This document shows positions 39,296-48,853 of a stretch of DNA of 64,000 nt, in pieces. Both the position numbers and the translations under genes were made by a program. Where the stretch lies: NCBI GenBank assembly GCA_964646855.1, contig CAZYHQ010000002.1:9127-73126 (forward strand), given 5' to 3'. Within the stretch, counting starts at the first letter, position 1, and each line of letters starts with the position of its first letter. The notes under the pieces are model-generated. The model made no database searches. It was not told the origin of the DNA and saw only the letters and a program-made list of their open reading frames with translations. This DNA comes from an uncultured archaeon (GTDB lineage: Archaea > Aenigmatarchaeota > Aenigmatarchaeia > CG10238-14 > SCSR01).

Positions 39296-42200
39296 TTAGC
39301 TGCAACCGCTAGTCGTGCCGCATGACGTGCACACGTAACACGTGCCGCTTCTGACCATCATGCCTCCGCATTCGTAGCAAGTCGGCGCATCCCCGCTCAT
39401 GTCGAAATTGTCCTTCTCCTGCTTGGTGAAAACTTTTAGGTTCACGATTTCACTGCTTTGAGTTTTCGATTCCTCAGCTGTTTCATTAGTTTCCATGAGT
39501 TTCTCGCCGTTCAGCAAGCCAAGCTCTTTCAAATCTTCCTTTGGAAGGAACTTGAACGCCATCCATTTGAAAATGTAATCCATTATTGATTTTGCCACAG
39601 GCACTTCAGGATTGTCGGTCCAACCCTGCGGTTCGAATCTTGTGTTGGTGAATTTTTGTATCCAGACTTTCAGCGGCACCCCGTACTGCAATCCAACTGA
39701 AATAGCGATAGCAAACGAATCCATCAACCCGGACAGGGTGCTGCCCTGCTTGGCCATTTTGACAAACAATTCTCCGGGCGAACCATCTTCGAACAATCCG
39801 ACATGCAGATAGCCTTCCTGGTTTCCTACTCGGAATTTGTGTGCTATTGCTTTTCTTTCTTCTTGCAATTTTCTCCTAACTGCTTTGAATTCCTCTTTCT
39901 TTTCTCTGAAAACCGCCAGCGGCTGGACAACTTTGCTTCCGTCCCTGTAAAGTGCAACAGACTTGAGCGCGAGCCTCCAAGATTCAAAGTAAACTTGTTT
40001 TATGTCTTCCACAGTTGCGTGGTTGGGCATGTTTATTGTTTTGCTGATGCTGCCTGAAAGCAGCGGCTGGGTCACGGCCATCATTTTGACATGAGCCATG
40101 TAGTCTATGTACCTAACTCCTTTCTTTCCGCACCTGTTCGCGCAATCGAAAATCGGGTAATGTTCCAACTTCAGGTGCGGCGAACCTTCTATTGTCTGTG
40201 TGCCGCAGATGAATTCTGTAGCTGCTTCAATCTCGTCATCTCTAAATCCGAGAGCTTTCAGCAAATTGAAATCATGCGAGGAGTACTGGGATTCTCTGAA
40301 TCCCAACTTTTCCAAACATTCTTTGCCCAAAGTGTTAATGTTGAACACAAAAGACAAATCCAGGGCAGTAGGCAAAACAGCTTCCATCTTAGCTATGTCA
40401 CTATAAGCGAACCCTTTTGTCTTCAATGCGAATGTGTTGATATGCGGAGCTCCTTCAAAAGTTCCGCTGCCGACCACGTATTTTGTCATGTCTTTTATTT
40501 GTTCTTCCGTGTAGCCAAGTCTCTTCAATGAACCGGGCACGCTCTGGTTCACGATTTTGAAATAACCGCCGCCAACCAATTTTTTGAACTTCACTAATGC
40601 AAAATCAGGTTCGATCCCAGTCGTATCCGCACCCATGACCAAACTTATTGTTCCTGTCGGAGCAATCAAGGTTGCCTGCGCGTTTCTGTATCCATAGCGC
40701 TCGCCAAAAGCCAGCGCCCTGTCCCAAGATTCGATTGCCGCCTTGAGCAAATACTCCGGGCACTGCGTGTGTTCTATCCCAGGCGGTACTGTGTTCAAGC
40801 CTTCGTACTCTTCCTTCGGCGCATTGTAAACAATTCTTCTGTGGTTTCTGACAACTTTCAGCATGTGTTCCTTGTTCTTTTCGAAAGCGGGAAACGGACC
40901 GAGGAAGCCTGCGATTTCAGAACTGGTTGCATAACTTTCTCCAGTCATCACCGCTGTTAGCACTGCGGAGATGGCTCTTGCTTTGTCCGAATCGTACGGA
41001 ATTCCCATCAGCATCAACAGCGAGCCGAGGTTTGTGTAGCCCAGTCCAAGAGTTCTGTATTCATAACTCAACTGCGCGATTTCTTTTGACGGATACTGGG
41101 CCATCAGCACAGAAATTTCCAGGACAATCGTCCACAACCTTGCCGCATGTTTGTAACCTTCCACATTGAAAGTTCCATTTTCCAAAAACTTTGCAAGGTT
41201 TATTGATGCGAGATTGCAGGCTGTGTTGTCCAAAAACATGTATTCGCTGCACGGGTTGCTAGCGTTTATCCTGCCGGAAGCAGCACATGTGTGCCAGTCG
41301 TTTATCGTTGTGTCGAACTGCAACCCAGGGTCTGCGCACTCCCATGCCGCTTGTGCAATCTTGTCCCACAGTTGCGCAGCCTCAACTGTTTTTGCAGTTC
41401 TTCCATCAGTCCTCCAAGTCAGATTCCATTCTTTGCCGTTGATAACAGAGTTCATGAAGTCATCAGTCACACGAACAGAGTTGTTTGAATTCTGCCCGAA
41501 AACATGCTCGCCTGCCGACTCGACGCTGTCAGCTTTCACCAACCCCATTTGTACGAGTGCAGAGAATTTTTTCTCTTCGTTGGCCTTCCATCGGACAAAT
41601 TCCTCGACCTCCGGATGATCGACATTCAAAATTACCATCTTCGCCGCTCTTCGTGTGGTCCCGCCAGATTTTATCGCACCTGCAACTTGGTCGTAAATTT
41701 TTAGGAAAGACATCACGCCGCTTGAAATTCCACCGCCAGACAGGTGCTCACCTTTTGCTCGCAACGATGAAAAATTTGTACCGGTTCCGCTTCCATACTT
41801 GAAAATTCTCGCCTCTCTTGTGGCAAGATCCAGAATCCCGCCCTCGTTGACTAAGTCGTCCCTAACTGGCTGGATGAAGCACGCATGGCATTGCGGATGC
41901 GAGTAAGCGTCTGCAGACTGCGTCAGCAATTTCGTATCGGGATCAACATACCAGTGTCCTTGCGAAGGTCCTGCGATGCCGTAAGCCCAATTCAATCCTG
42001 TGTTGAACCACTGCGGCGAGTTCGGTGCAGCAAACTGGTGCAGCAGCATGAACGCGATCTCGTCGTAAAACGCCTTCGCATCTTCTTCTGTAGCAAAGTA
42101 GCCGTACTTTTTGCCCCACCATGTCCAACAGCCTGCAAGCCTGTGTACAGTCTGCCTAGCTGAAGTTTCGCTGCCGAGAATTTGTTTGCCCGTTGCATCT

Positions 42201-42481
42201 AAAATTGGATTTCCGTTTGTATCAAACTGCGGGACCCCGCGCTTCCTAAAATATTTTTGTGCGAGAATGTCCGTTGCTGTTTGCGACCAAAATTCAGGAA
42301 CTTCGACATTGTCCATTTTGAAAACTGTCGTTCCGTCCGGATTCTTTATCAAAGAAGTTCTCTTTGTCCATTTGCAAGTATCGTAAAGATTTTGATCCGC
42401 TTTTGTGAAAAGCCTAGGTATTTTCAAGCCTTTTGCTTCACCAACGAGAGCAACGCGCTGACTTAGATCAAAGCCGTCCAT
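39296..42481 (-). CDS. nrdJ: Class II (adenosylcobalamin-dependent) ribonucleotide reductase, long form with C-terminal zinc finger
   Basis: 1061 aa with an RNR barrel (NPCSEYMFLDNTACNLASINL, GLGYTNLG). C-terminus CYECGGMMVRSGTCYVCTSCG. Visibly GC-richer than its neighbours. Confidence 0.9.
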   Translation of the reverse strand: MDGFDLSQRVALVGEAKGLKIPRLFTKADQNLYDTCKWTKRTSLIKNPDGTTVFKMDNVEVPEFWSQTATDILAQKYFRKRGVPQFDTNGNPILDATGKQILGSETSARQTVHRLAGCWTWWGKKYGYFATEEDAKAFYDEIAFMLLHQFAAPNSPQWFNTGLNWAYGIAGPSQGHWYVDPDTKLLTQSADAYSHPQCHACFIQPVRDDLVNEGGILDLATREARIFKYGSGTGTNFSSLRAKGEHLSGGGISSGVMSFLKIYDQVAGAIKSGGTTRRAAKMVILNVDHPEVEEFVRWKANEEKKFSALVQMGLVKADSVESAGEHVFGQNSNNSVRVTDDFMNSVINGKEWNLTWRTDGRTAKTVEAAQLWDKIAQAAWECADPGLQFDTTINDWHTCAASGRINASNPCSEYMFLDNTACNLASINLAKFLENGTFNVEGYKHAARLWTIVLEISVLMAQYPSKEIAQLSYEYRTLGLGYTNLGSLLMLMGIPYDSDKARAISAVLTAVMTGESYATSSEIAGFLGPFPAFEKNKEHMLKVVRNHRRIVYNAPKEEYEGLNTVPPGIEHTQCPEYLLKAAIESWDRALAFGERYGYRNAQATLIAPTGTISLVMGADTTGIEPDFALVKFKKLVGGGYFKIVNQSVPGSLKRLGYTEEQIKDMTKYVVGSGTFEGAPHINTFALKTKGFAYSDIAKMEAVLPTALDLSFVFNINTLGKECLEKLGFRESQYSSHDFNLLKALGFRDDEIEAATEFICGTQTIEGSPHLKLEHYPIFDCANRCGKKGVRYIDYMAHVKMMAVTQPLLSGSISKTINMPNHATVEDIKQVYFESWRLALKSVALYRDGSKVVQPLAVFREKKEEFKAVRRKLQEERKAIAHKFRVGNQEGYLHVGLFEDGSPGELFVKMAKQGSTLSGLMDSFAIAISVGLQYGVPLKVWIQKFTNTRFEPQGWTDNPEVPVAKSIMDYIFKWMAFKFLPKEDLKELGLLNGEKLMETNETAEESKTQSSEIVNLKVFTKQEKDNFDMSGDAPTCYECGGMMVRSGTCYVCTSCGTTSGCS

Positions 42482-42485
42482 AAAC

Positions 42486-42935
42486 CTATGCTCCTTTCTT
42501 CAACTCTTTGAGTTCCTTTTCCAAGGATTCTATGTCTTTAAACTTTTTATAGACTGATGCAAAGCGGATGTAAGCAATGTTGTCCAATTCCTTAAGTTTC
42601 TCCATTACCAAGTCTCCAACAATTTTAGATTTTATCTCTGTAGTGTCCATGTTTTTCAATTCGGCTTCGATTTCATCGACAGTTTTTTCTATCCGATCTT
42701 GCGAAATTGGCCGTTTGCCACAAGCAGTCATAACGCCTTTCAAAATTTTGTTTCTGTTGAAAGGTTCTCTCCTGCCGTCCTTTTTTATTATTATCAATGG
42801 TTTTCCTTCAAATCTTTCGTATGTCGTGAATCTTTTTTTACAATCATCGCATTCTCTGCGTCTTCTGATTGTTTCCGCCGTCTCCCTCGAGTCAACCACT
42901 TTTAGTTTGTCGCTTTGGCAAAATGGACATTGCAT
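42486..42935 (-). CDS. nrdR: Transcriptional repressor NrdR
   Basis: 149 aa. Zinc ribbon MQCPFCQSDKLKVVDSRE...RRRECDDCKKRFTTYE followed by an ATP-cone. It lies 4 nt upstream of nrdJ. Confidence 0.9.
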   Translation of the reverse strand: MQCPFCQSDKLKVVDSRETAETIRRRRECDDCKKRFTTYERFEGKPLIIIKKDGRREPFNRNKILKGVMTACGKRPISQDRIEKTVDEIEAELKNMDTTEIKSKIVGDLVMEKLKELDNIAYIRFASVYKKFKDIESLEKELKELKKGA

Positions 42936-42996
42936 GCATTATATTGTGTCCTTGTAGCTATTTATACACAATCTGTAGTGCTACTATATGTTGTGG
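42934..42996. promoter_or_regulatory. Candidate NrdR boxes upstream of nrdR-nrdJ
   Basis: Three 16-mers resemble the ACACnATATATnGTGT-type box:
- 42934-49 ATGCATTATATTGTGT
- 42966-81 ACACAATCTGTAGTGC
- 42981-96 CTACTATATGTTGTGG
The first two are 32 bp apart centre to centre. Confidence 0.45.
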
Positions 42997-43103
42997 TTGA
43001 AAATTTCAAAAGCCACAAGATACAGTTCAGCTTTTTACTTATAAACCATTTTCGTTAGGACAACTTATATTATGCAGACGATGATTCTGTAGTCACACAC
43101 TAG

Positions 43104-43742
43104 TTATGATTCGTCAACCTGTGCAAATTTTTGCTCGTCCAACGATTTGCCGCCTGCAAAGTCTTCAATTTTATAATTGAACTCCTGATAGCTTTTTATT
43201 TTGTCCCGCTCTTTCAAGATTTCCCTCGCAAGCAGCCAGAACAAAGTTGCTAGCGAGCGCCTGCCGTTGTTGTTGGCCGGAATTATTATATCAACATCCC
43301 GCGTTTCATTGAACGTATCTGACAACGCAACCACAGGAACGCGGGCTTTCACAGCTTCGCGGAGCGCCTGCACATCGGCCAGAGTATCTACAATGAATAT
43401 CGCATCTGCCTCAAAAAATTTTTTGTATCTGGGATTAGTCAGAGTGCCAGGCATAAACCTGCCTGTGATGACTTCGGTGCCAACAATCTCAGCGAATTTT
43501 TTTATCGCATCTACCGCAGCAGGTTTTCTGCTTACAACCATTATCTTGCTTAGCCTTGCCAGGAATTTTGCAGCAGTCTTTATCCGCTGATCAATTTTGC
43601 TCAAATTCAAAACTGCCAGTCCGTCGGGACGAATTTTATAGATGAATTCCTTCATCTGCGCAGTTCTCTGCTTCATACCGATATGTACGCCGGAAGCCAG
43701 GTACTCTTCCCTTGAAAGCAAAAGTTTCGTAGGCATATTCAA
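43104..43742 (-). CDS. rps2: 30S ribosomal protein uS2
   Basis: 212 aa: LLSREEYLASGVHIGMKQRT, IFIVD, archaeal S2 pattern. Confidence 0.9.
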   Translation of the reverse strand: MNMPTKLLLSREEYLASGVHIGMKQRTAQMKEFIYKIRPDGLAVLNLSKIDQRIKTAAKFLARLSKIMVVSRKPAAVDAIKKFAEIVGTEVITGRFMPGTLTNPRYKKFFEADAIFIVDTLADVQALREAVKARVPVVALSDTFNETRDVDIIIPANNNGRRSLATLFWLLAREILKERDKIKSYQEFNYKIEDFAGGKSLDEQKFAQVDES

Positions 43743-43806
43743 CTATTTGTTAGAATAAGTTTTTAAACATTAGATGCAACTTAACTCAGGTTTTAAAATT
43801 TTTGGA

Positions 43807-44607
43807 TTAACCAATGTAAGTCAATTTATCCTTTTCTTCCCCAGGTTTTCCTGTAGGTGCGCTATGCATCATCTGCATCATTGTCCTCTTTTCAACGTCC
43901 TGTATTTTCTTTATGAATTCTTCCATTTCCTTTACTTTCTTGTCCAGTCTGCTAGTGTCGATTTTCAAATTTAAAATTTTCGCCAGCACCTTCAAAACCA
44001 CTTCCGCGCTTTTCGGATCAGGAATAATAGGAAAACCAACGGTTTCCCCGAGCAAACAAATGCCTTTTATCCCGTAGTACCTGCCTATGCCGATAAGCAA
44101 ACCCGAAGCGCCCACTATAGTGCCGACTCTGCTGCCAGCATCAAAATCGATTCCAGCGTCTTTGTACTTTTTTATCAAATCAGGGTCGCTGACAGCGCCG
44201 ATCACTTTTGGAGTTTTCACTTCCTGTCCGACCGACAAACCGGCAAGAGTAATCATATCCTTTGTCCCAAATTTTTTTACGAACGTTAAAATTTCGTGGA
44301 CAATTTCGTAATGCCCATCCGGATCTATCGACTGGCTGTCGCCGATTAGAATTATCAAATCCCTCTGCCCTTTTTTGCCTTTCAGATAATAAAACTCGTT
44401 TTTCAAAACGTGCACTGCTGACGACTGGTGCAGCAGTACAAAAGGCATGAAATGGGACGAAGTAAGGTCGGCAAATTTTTTCGCACCAAGCTCCTCGACA
44501 ATATAACCAGCTGCTATCCTGCCGACGTTTCCTACCCCAGGAAGGCCTTCGATGAAGATTGGATTGTTCAACTTCGGTTTTTCGAACTCAACAATTTTTG
44601 TTGCCAT
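43807..44607 (-). CDS. PAC2-family proteasome assembly chaperone
   Basis: 266 aa: FIEGLPGVGNVGRIAAGYIVEEL and the overall PAC2 (COG1938) pattern. Confidence 0.75.
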   Translation of the reverse strand: MATKIVEFEKPKLNNPIFIEGLPGVGNVGRIAAGYIVEELGAKKFADLTSSHFMPFVLLHQSSAVHVLKNEFYYLKGKKGQRDLIILIGDSQSIDPDGHYEIVHEILTFVKKFGTKDMITLAGLSVGQEVKTPKVIGAVSDPDLIKKYKDAGIDFDAGSRVGTIVGASGLLIGIGRYYGIKGICLLGETVGFPIIPDPKSAEVVLKVLAKILNLKIDTSRLDKKVKEMEEFIKKIQDVEKRTMMQMMHSAPTGKPGEEKDKLTYIG

Positions 44608-44703
44608 GTATAATGAATTTTGTGCTGCTGGTATTTATTGTTTCCTGAAAATAGATAATTTAAACTTTCGTTAGCTATTTACAGATTACAACAGCGATAA
44701 AAT

Positions 44704-45834
44704 ATGGACAAATTAAGAGCGGCTATACTAGGCGCAACCGGTCGTGAAGGACAAGAATTCATAGAAGCGCTTTATGAACATCCGTTATTTGAATTGACTA
44801 CTTTAGCAGCATCAGAAAGATCTGAAGGCAAACTTTATGGAGATGCGTGCAAATGGTTGCTTGACAATGACGAGATTAGAGAATTCGCAGCTAAAGAAAG
44901 AGTAATCAATGCTTCTCATGTTGATTTGTCCGGGTCTGACATAATATTTTCTGCTTTGCCGACAGACAAACCAGAAGACAAAGAATATACTCAAAAAATT
45001 GAGGCGGAGTATGCCAAAAAATTACCGGTCTTTAGCATTACCTCAGCTCATCGCTATGACGAAGATGTCCCAATAATTATACCAGAAGTTAATGCAGAAC
45101 ATTATAAGCTGATTGAAGCTCAACGGAAAAATAAGGATTTCAAGGGATTTATCGTAACCGGACCGAACTGCACGACAGTAGGTCAGGCAATTTCTTTGGC
45201 TCCTGTATATACCGGCTCTAATTTGAGATTAGTTGTCATGACTTCGATGCAGGCTATCTCAGGTGGAGGGCAAAGGTTAATAGAATTGCGTGACAGACAG
45301 GAGGCTAACAATTTTGTGGAAGGCGAAGTGATTTTAAAAAGAAATGTTGTTCCCTACATACCTAATGAAGAAGAAAAAGTCCGGCGAGAGACTTTAAAAA
45401 TACTTGGCAAATACGACAGAGGCACTTCTAAAATAATTGATGCTGGTTTTCAAGTCGAACCAAGTTGCAATAGAGTTGATACAAAGGATGGACATTTGGA
45501 GAGTATGACAGTTTTCTTTAATTCTAATTACTCCCCAGAAGATTTTGTTGAAGCTATAGATATTTTTAATCGCCGATCTGGACAAGCATTCGGCAATCTT
45601 TATTCTGCACCCAAAGAGACTATCCACGTCTTTGGCGATCCTTACAGACCACAACCTTTGTTAGATGCAAAATTAGGGAATGGTATGACGACGTCTATAG
45701 GGAGAATTAGGCATGGTGACACCAAGAATTGTATAAAGTATACCGTTTTATCTAACAATTCAGTAAAAAGCGGGTCTGGAGGAGAAGTCATGGTAGCAGA
45801 ACTTTTTCATCGAGAAGGTTATTTATTTCATTAG
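44704..45834 (+). CDS. asd: Aspartate-semialdehyde dehydrogenase
   Basis: 376 aa: [15 protein letters not shown](P) motif, active-site GPNCTT, and a C-terminal dimerisation domain. Confidence 0.8.
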   Translation: MDKLRAAILGATGREGQEFIEALYEHPLFELTTLAASERSEGKLYGDACKWLLDNDEIREFAAKERVINASHVDLSGSDIIFSALPTDKPEDKEYTQKIEAEYAKKLPVFSITSAHRYDEDVPIIIPEVNAEHYKLIEAQRKNKDFKGFIVTGPNCTTVGQAISLAPVYTGSNLRLVVMTSMQAISGGGQRLIELRDRQEANNFVEGEVILKRNVVPYIPNEEEKVRRETLKILGKYDRGTSKIIDAGFQVEPSCNRVDTKDGHLESMTVFFNSNYSPEDFVEAIDIFNRRSGQAFGNLYSAPKETIHVFGDPYRPQPLLDAKLGNGMTTSIGRIRHGDTKNCIKYTVLSNNSVKSGSGGEVMVAELFHREGYLFH

Positions 45835-45966
45835 CCTTCTGTATTTTCCGTACTTGTCCTCTGGAGAAAATCTTGGCGGGTGCGGATTCGATGTCTTATT
45901 GCTGCAAACAGAACAAATTTCTTTGAAAGTGTAACGTTCGCAGTTTTCGCATTTTTTCAGTTTCAA
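45823..45966 (-). CDS. nop10: H/ACA RNP protein Nop10
   Basis: Absent from the ORF track (47 aa, TTG start): [47 protein letters not shown], the canonical Nop10 zinc ribbon plus PxRFSPxDKY. It starts 4 nt after the aIF2alpha stop. Its 3' end overlaps the asd 3' end by 12 nt. Confidence 0.85.
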   Translation of the reverse strand: MKLKKCENCERYTFKEICSVCSNKTSNPHPPRFSPEDKYGKYRRLMK

Positions 45967-45970
45967 AAAA

Positions 45971-46750
45971 TCACTTCACGAATTTGTAGCTGCCTTCTCC
46001 GTGAAGCTGCTTTATAGTTTTGAGTGCTGATTCCAAGTTTTCTCTCAATTTTTTTTCGTCGTGTTTCGGATCCTTGGTTTTCAACTCTATTCTATACTTT
46101 GGCGCAGAAATGTATCTAACGTTTGCTCCGGAGTTTTGCAAATCCGACAATAATTTTTTAATGTCATTTATTCCGCTACCGCTGTAACTCTTCAACTCAA
46201 GCTCGGCCTTCAAAACAATTTCCTTTTCTTTAATGGTTTTTTCAATGATTTCGACTAACACATCGGTCCATTTTTTTGGAATGTTTAGCTTGTCTAAAAC
46301 TTTTTTGTCTTTCTTTATCTCTTCCACGGCAACGAACAGCTCTCCAAATTTTTCCTGAAGCAGGTAGCCGACTTCTTCGTAGGCTTGCTGAAGGTTCTTC
46401 CCTAGAATTTGCGCAGACTGTTCGAGAATCTTTTCTGCCCGCTGCTCCTTGCGGAAGGAATTCAGCTTGTTCTTTTCTTCGTTTTTCGAAACTTTTTTGA
46501 TGCTCAGATTTATTATTCCTTTCTCCTCGTCTATCCGCACAACTTTTGTTACGTATTGCTTGTTTTGCTTTACAAACTCGCGGATGTCGTGGACCCACTT
46601 CCCTGCAACTTCGGAGATATGAATCATGCCCTCCAAATTCTCGTACTCGTCCAGAGTGCACCAGGCAGCATATGGAGAAATTTTGCTAACTGTGCACAAA
46701 ACAAGTTCTCCGAATGTCGGCAAACCTTTTCGTTTAATCATTGGAACCAT
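45971..46750 (-). CDS. eif2a: Translation initiation factor aIF-2 alpha
   Basis: 259 aa with an S1 domain (GELVLCTV...[22 protein letters not shown]) and helical plus alpha-beta domains. Confidence 0.9.
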   Translation of the reverse strand: MVPMIKRKGLPTFGELVLCTVSKISPYAAWCTLDEYENLEGMIHISEVAGKWVHDIREFVKQNKQYVTKVVRIDEEKGIINLSIKKVSKNEEKNKLNSFRKEQRAEKILEQSAQILGKNLQQAYEEVGYLLQEKFGELFVAVEEIKKDKKVLDKLNIPKKWTDVLVEIIEKTIKEKEIVLKAELELKSYSGSGINDIKKLLSDLQNSGANVRYISAPKYRIELKTKDPKHDEKKLRENLESALKTIKQLHGEGSYKFVK

Positions 46751-46780
46751 TTTAAAGCTGTAAAGTTATATTTTTTAACT

Positions 46781-47521
46781 ATGGTCTCATTTGTTTATAT
46801 ACTGTTTTTTGTCGTGGTCAGCAGCCTTTTGGGCCTGACAGGCGGGGTCCTGCTCCTGCTGAATAAAAAACTCGCCTACAAAATTTCAAAGTACATGATG
46901 AGTTTTGCCGCAGGAGCGTTGATTGGGGTCGCCTTCCTTGACTTGTTGCCTGAGGCTGTGACAAAAGTTGGTTTTGAATCAGCGTCGATTTTTACGCTGG
47001 CAGGTTTAGTAATTTTTCTTGTAATCGAAATTGCTGTGTGGCATCACCATCATGCCTATGGAAAAGAAACTCATTCGTTCAGTTCCATCGTTATTTTGGG
47101 CGACACGTTGCACAATTTCATAGACGGAATAATTCTTGCTATAACATTTTTGGTTTCCGCACCGCTCGGAATAGCAACTTTTGTTGCAGTAATCTTGCAC
47201 GAAATACCTCAGGAGATAGGTGACTTTAGTGTGCTTTTGTATGCAAAAATGAAAAAACCAAAAATAGTTTTCTACAACATTCTATCAGCTTTAATTTCAG
47301 TTTTTGGGGCGGCATTAGCCTATTTTGTACTTCAGCCGATGACATCCGTAATCTACTTTTTAGTCGCATTCGTTGCCGGGGGCTTCATTTACATTTCAGC
47401 AGCAGATCTGATTCCTGAAACAAGAAAAGAGACGAAATTCAAAAAATCAATAGTTAACATTATTTTGCTGCTGTTCGGAATCTTGGTTATGTGGTACGTC
47501 GGATTTATTTTTGCCGAGTAG
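46781..47521 (+). CDS. ZIP-family divalent metal transporter
   Basis: 246 aa from ATG 46781 (MVSFVYILFF). Has HHHH loop and HEIPQEIGDF. The track ORF 46409.. is an artefactual 5' extension antisense to eif2a. Confidence 0.85.
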   Translation: MVSFVYILFFVVVSSLLGLTGGVLLLLNKKLAYKISKYMMSFAAGALIGVAFLDLLPEAVTKVGFESASIFTLAGLVIFLVIEIAVWHHHHAYGKETHSFSSIVILGDTLHNFIDGIILAITFLVSAPLGIATFVAVILHEIPQEIGDFSVLLYAKMKKPKIVFYNILSALISVFGAALAYFVLQPMTSVIYFLVAFVAGGFIYISAADLIPETRKETKFKKSIVNIILLLFGILVMWYVGFIFAE

Positions 47522-47573
47522 CCCGTATTTAAAACTGCAAAGCTTATATTTGCCTTTAACATAAAAGTAACTA

Positions 47574-48371
47574 ATGACGCAACATCCTATCAGCAAAAAT
47601 ATTATTTACATTATAGCGGCGATCTTGCTTGGTGTTGGAATTTTAATTTATTCTCAGTACGGCGCCCAAAAAACCAGTACATCTGAGCAACAAACAGATG
47701 CCAAACAATCAAGCCTCAGTGTTAGTTCGCAGCCTCTAGTTGGAAATGAAATTACGATCGACAGTTTGTATTTGGACAAGCCTGGTTATGTCGTTGTGCA
47801 CAAAGATGCTGAAGGCAGACCTGGAGCCGTCATAGGTCACAGCGATCTGATATCCGGCGCGAAAACAAATCTTAAGATAAATGTCAACGCAAATCAATCA
47901 GGTACAAAAGTTTTTGCGATGCTCCACTACGATGACGACAACGACGGTGTGTACGGATTTCCAGACGAGGACAAACCTGTAGTGCTTGAAGGCAACGTAG
48001 TAGTCAAACCGATTACGGTTATCACTGAACAGATAACTCCGCAAACCCAGCAACAAACACAAACGATAACAGGAAGTGTTACTGCAGCAAAAGAATTTTC
48101 AATTGAGGCAGACGACAACAAATTCAGTCCATCAAGCATTACAGTAAATAAAGGTGACACTGTCAAGATAACTTTTAAATTTTTAGATTCGAATATATAC
48201 TTTGGTGGTTTGGACGTCAAAAGCCCCAAGTGGCCAACAGTTGAATACAAAAAGGGCTCTGCAACTAACGAGAAGACCGTCGAGTTTACTTCAGACAGCA
48301 CTTTTACATTTTCATCTTATTGGCCAGCTTCCGGCGTCAAGAAAGCTGATGGGCAAGTAATTGTAAAGTGA
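47574..48371 (+). CDS. Membrane-anchored protein with a C-terminal cupredoxin-like fold that lacks Cu ligands
   Basis: 265 aa with a TM anchor. The N-terminal beta domain is LDKPGYVVVHKDAEGRPG...MLHYDDDNDGVYGFPDED. The C-terminus FSPSSITVNKGDTVKITFKF is homologous to the next ORF but has no Cys/His/Met ligand set. Confidence 0.6.
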   Translation: MTQHPISKNIIYIIAAILLGVGILIYSQYGAQKTSTSEQQTDAKQSSLSVSSQPLVGNEITIDSLYLDKPGYVVVHKDAEGRPGAVIGHSDLISGAKTNLKINVNANQSGTKVFAMLHYDDDNDGVYGFPDEDKPVVLEGNVVVKPITVITEQITPQTQQQTQTITGSVTAAKEFSIEADDNKFSPSSITVNKGDTVKITFKFLDSNIYFGGLDVKSPKWPTVEYKKGSATNEKTVEFTSDSTFTFSSYWPASGVKKADGQVIVK

Positions 48372-48375
48372 TTTC

Positions 48376-48822
48376 ATGGCTAGAAAAGTCGAAGGTGCGC
48401 AGGATTTCAAAAAAACTTTGATACTGGTAGCGATAGCAGTTGTAATTCTCGTGGGTGGAGTCTACTTCGTGCAAACTGGTGGATATCAGCCTGCACAGAC
48501 TTCGGAGCAACAAAAAACTTCACAACCAACTGTAACAGAAACTTCTGCAGGAGTAAAAGAAATTACCATTCACGGGAAGAGTTTTGATTTTGACTCGAAT
48601 ACGATTACTGTGAACAAGGGCGACAGAGTAAAAATAACTTTTATTTCTGATGATGTTTCACACGACATATGTGTTGAAGGCTACGGCTGTAGTGAAGTAA
48701 TCTCCAAAGGTCAGACTACTACCTTGGAATTCGTTGCAAAAGAGTCTGATAAGTTGAAATTTTTCTGCTCTGTAGACGGCCACAGACAATTCGGAATGGA
48801 AGGCGACCTCGTAATTCAATAA
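48376..48822 (+). CDS. Membrane-anchored type-1 (blue) copper cupredoxin-domain protein
   Basis: 148 aa with a TM anchor: TITVNKGDRVKITFISDDVSHD ... KFFCSVDGHRQFGMEG, giving a His, Cys, His, Met ligand pattern. Confidence 0.75.
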   Translation: MARKVEGAQDFKKTLILVAIAVVILVGGVYFVQTGGYQPAQTSEQQKTSQPTVTETSAGVKEITIHGKSFDFDSNTITVNKGDRVKITFISDDVSHDICVEGYGCSEVISKGQTTTLEFVAKESDKLKFFCSVDGHRQFGMEGDLVIQ

Positions 48823-48853
48823 ATTTTTCTTCTTCTAAAACAATTCTCAATTA

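Noticed and set aside
40091-41802. Several long alternate-frame and antisense ORFs inside the RNR gene (for example 40091..40531, 41166..41618, 41485..41802)
   Set aside because: The minus-strand nrdJ frame gives continuous full-length RNR homology. These ORFs have low-complexity or nonsense-like translations and are the expected by-product of the locally elevated GC content.
39296-42481. A possible intein in the 1061-aa class II RNR
   Set aside because: No intein splice-junction blocks (N-terminal Cys/Ser after a conserved extein break, or C-terminal HN followed by Cys/Ser/Thr with an endonuclease domain) were seen. The length is consistent with long-form NrdJ plus a C-terminal zinc finger.
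46242-46780. ORF 46242..46661 (-) and the 5' part of track ORF 46409..47521 (+), both overlapping the aIF2alpha gene
   Set aside because: Both overlap the well-supported eif2a frame and translate to Arg/Ser-rich nonsense. The ZIP transporter homology begins only at ATG 46781, so that gene was trimmed.
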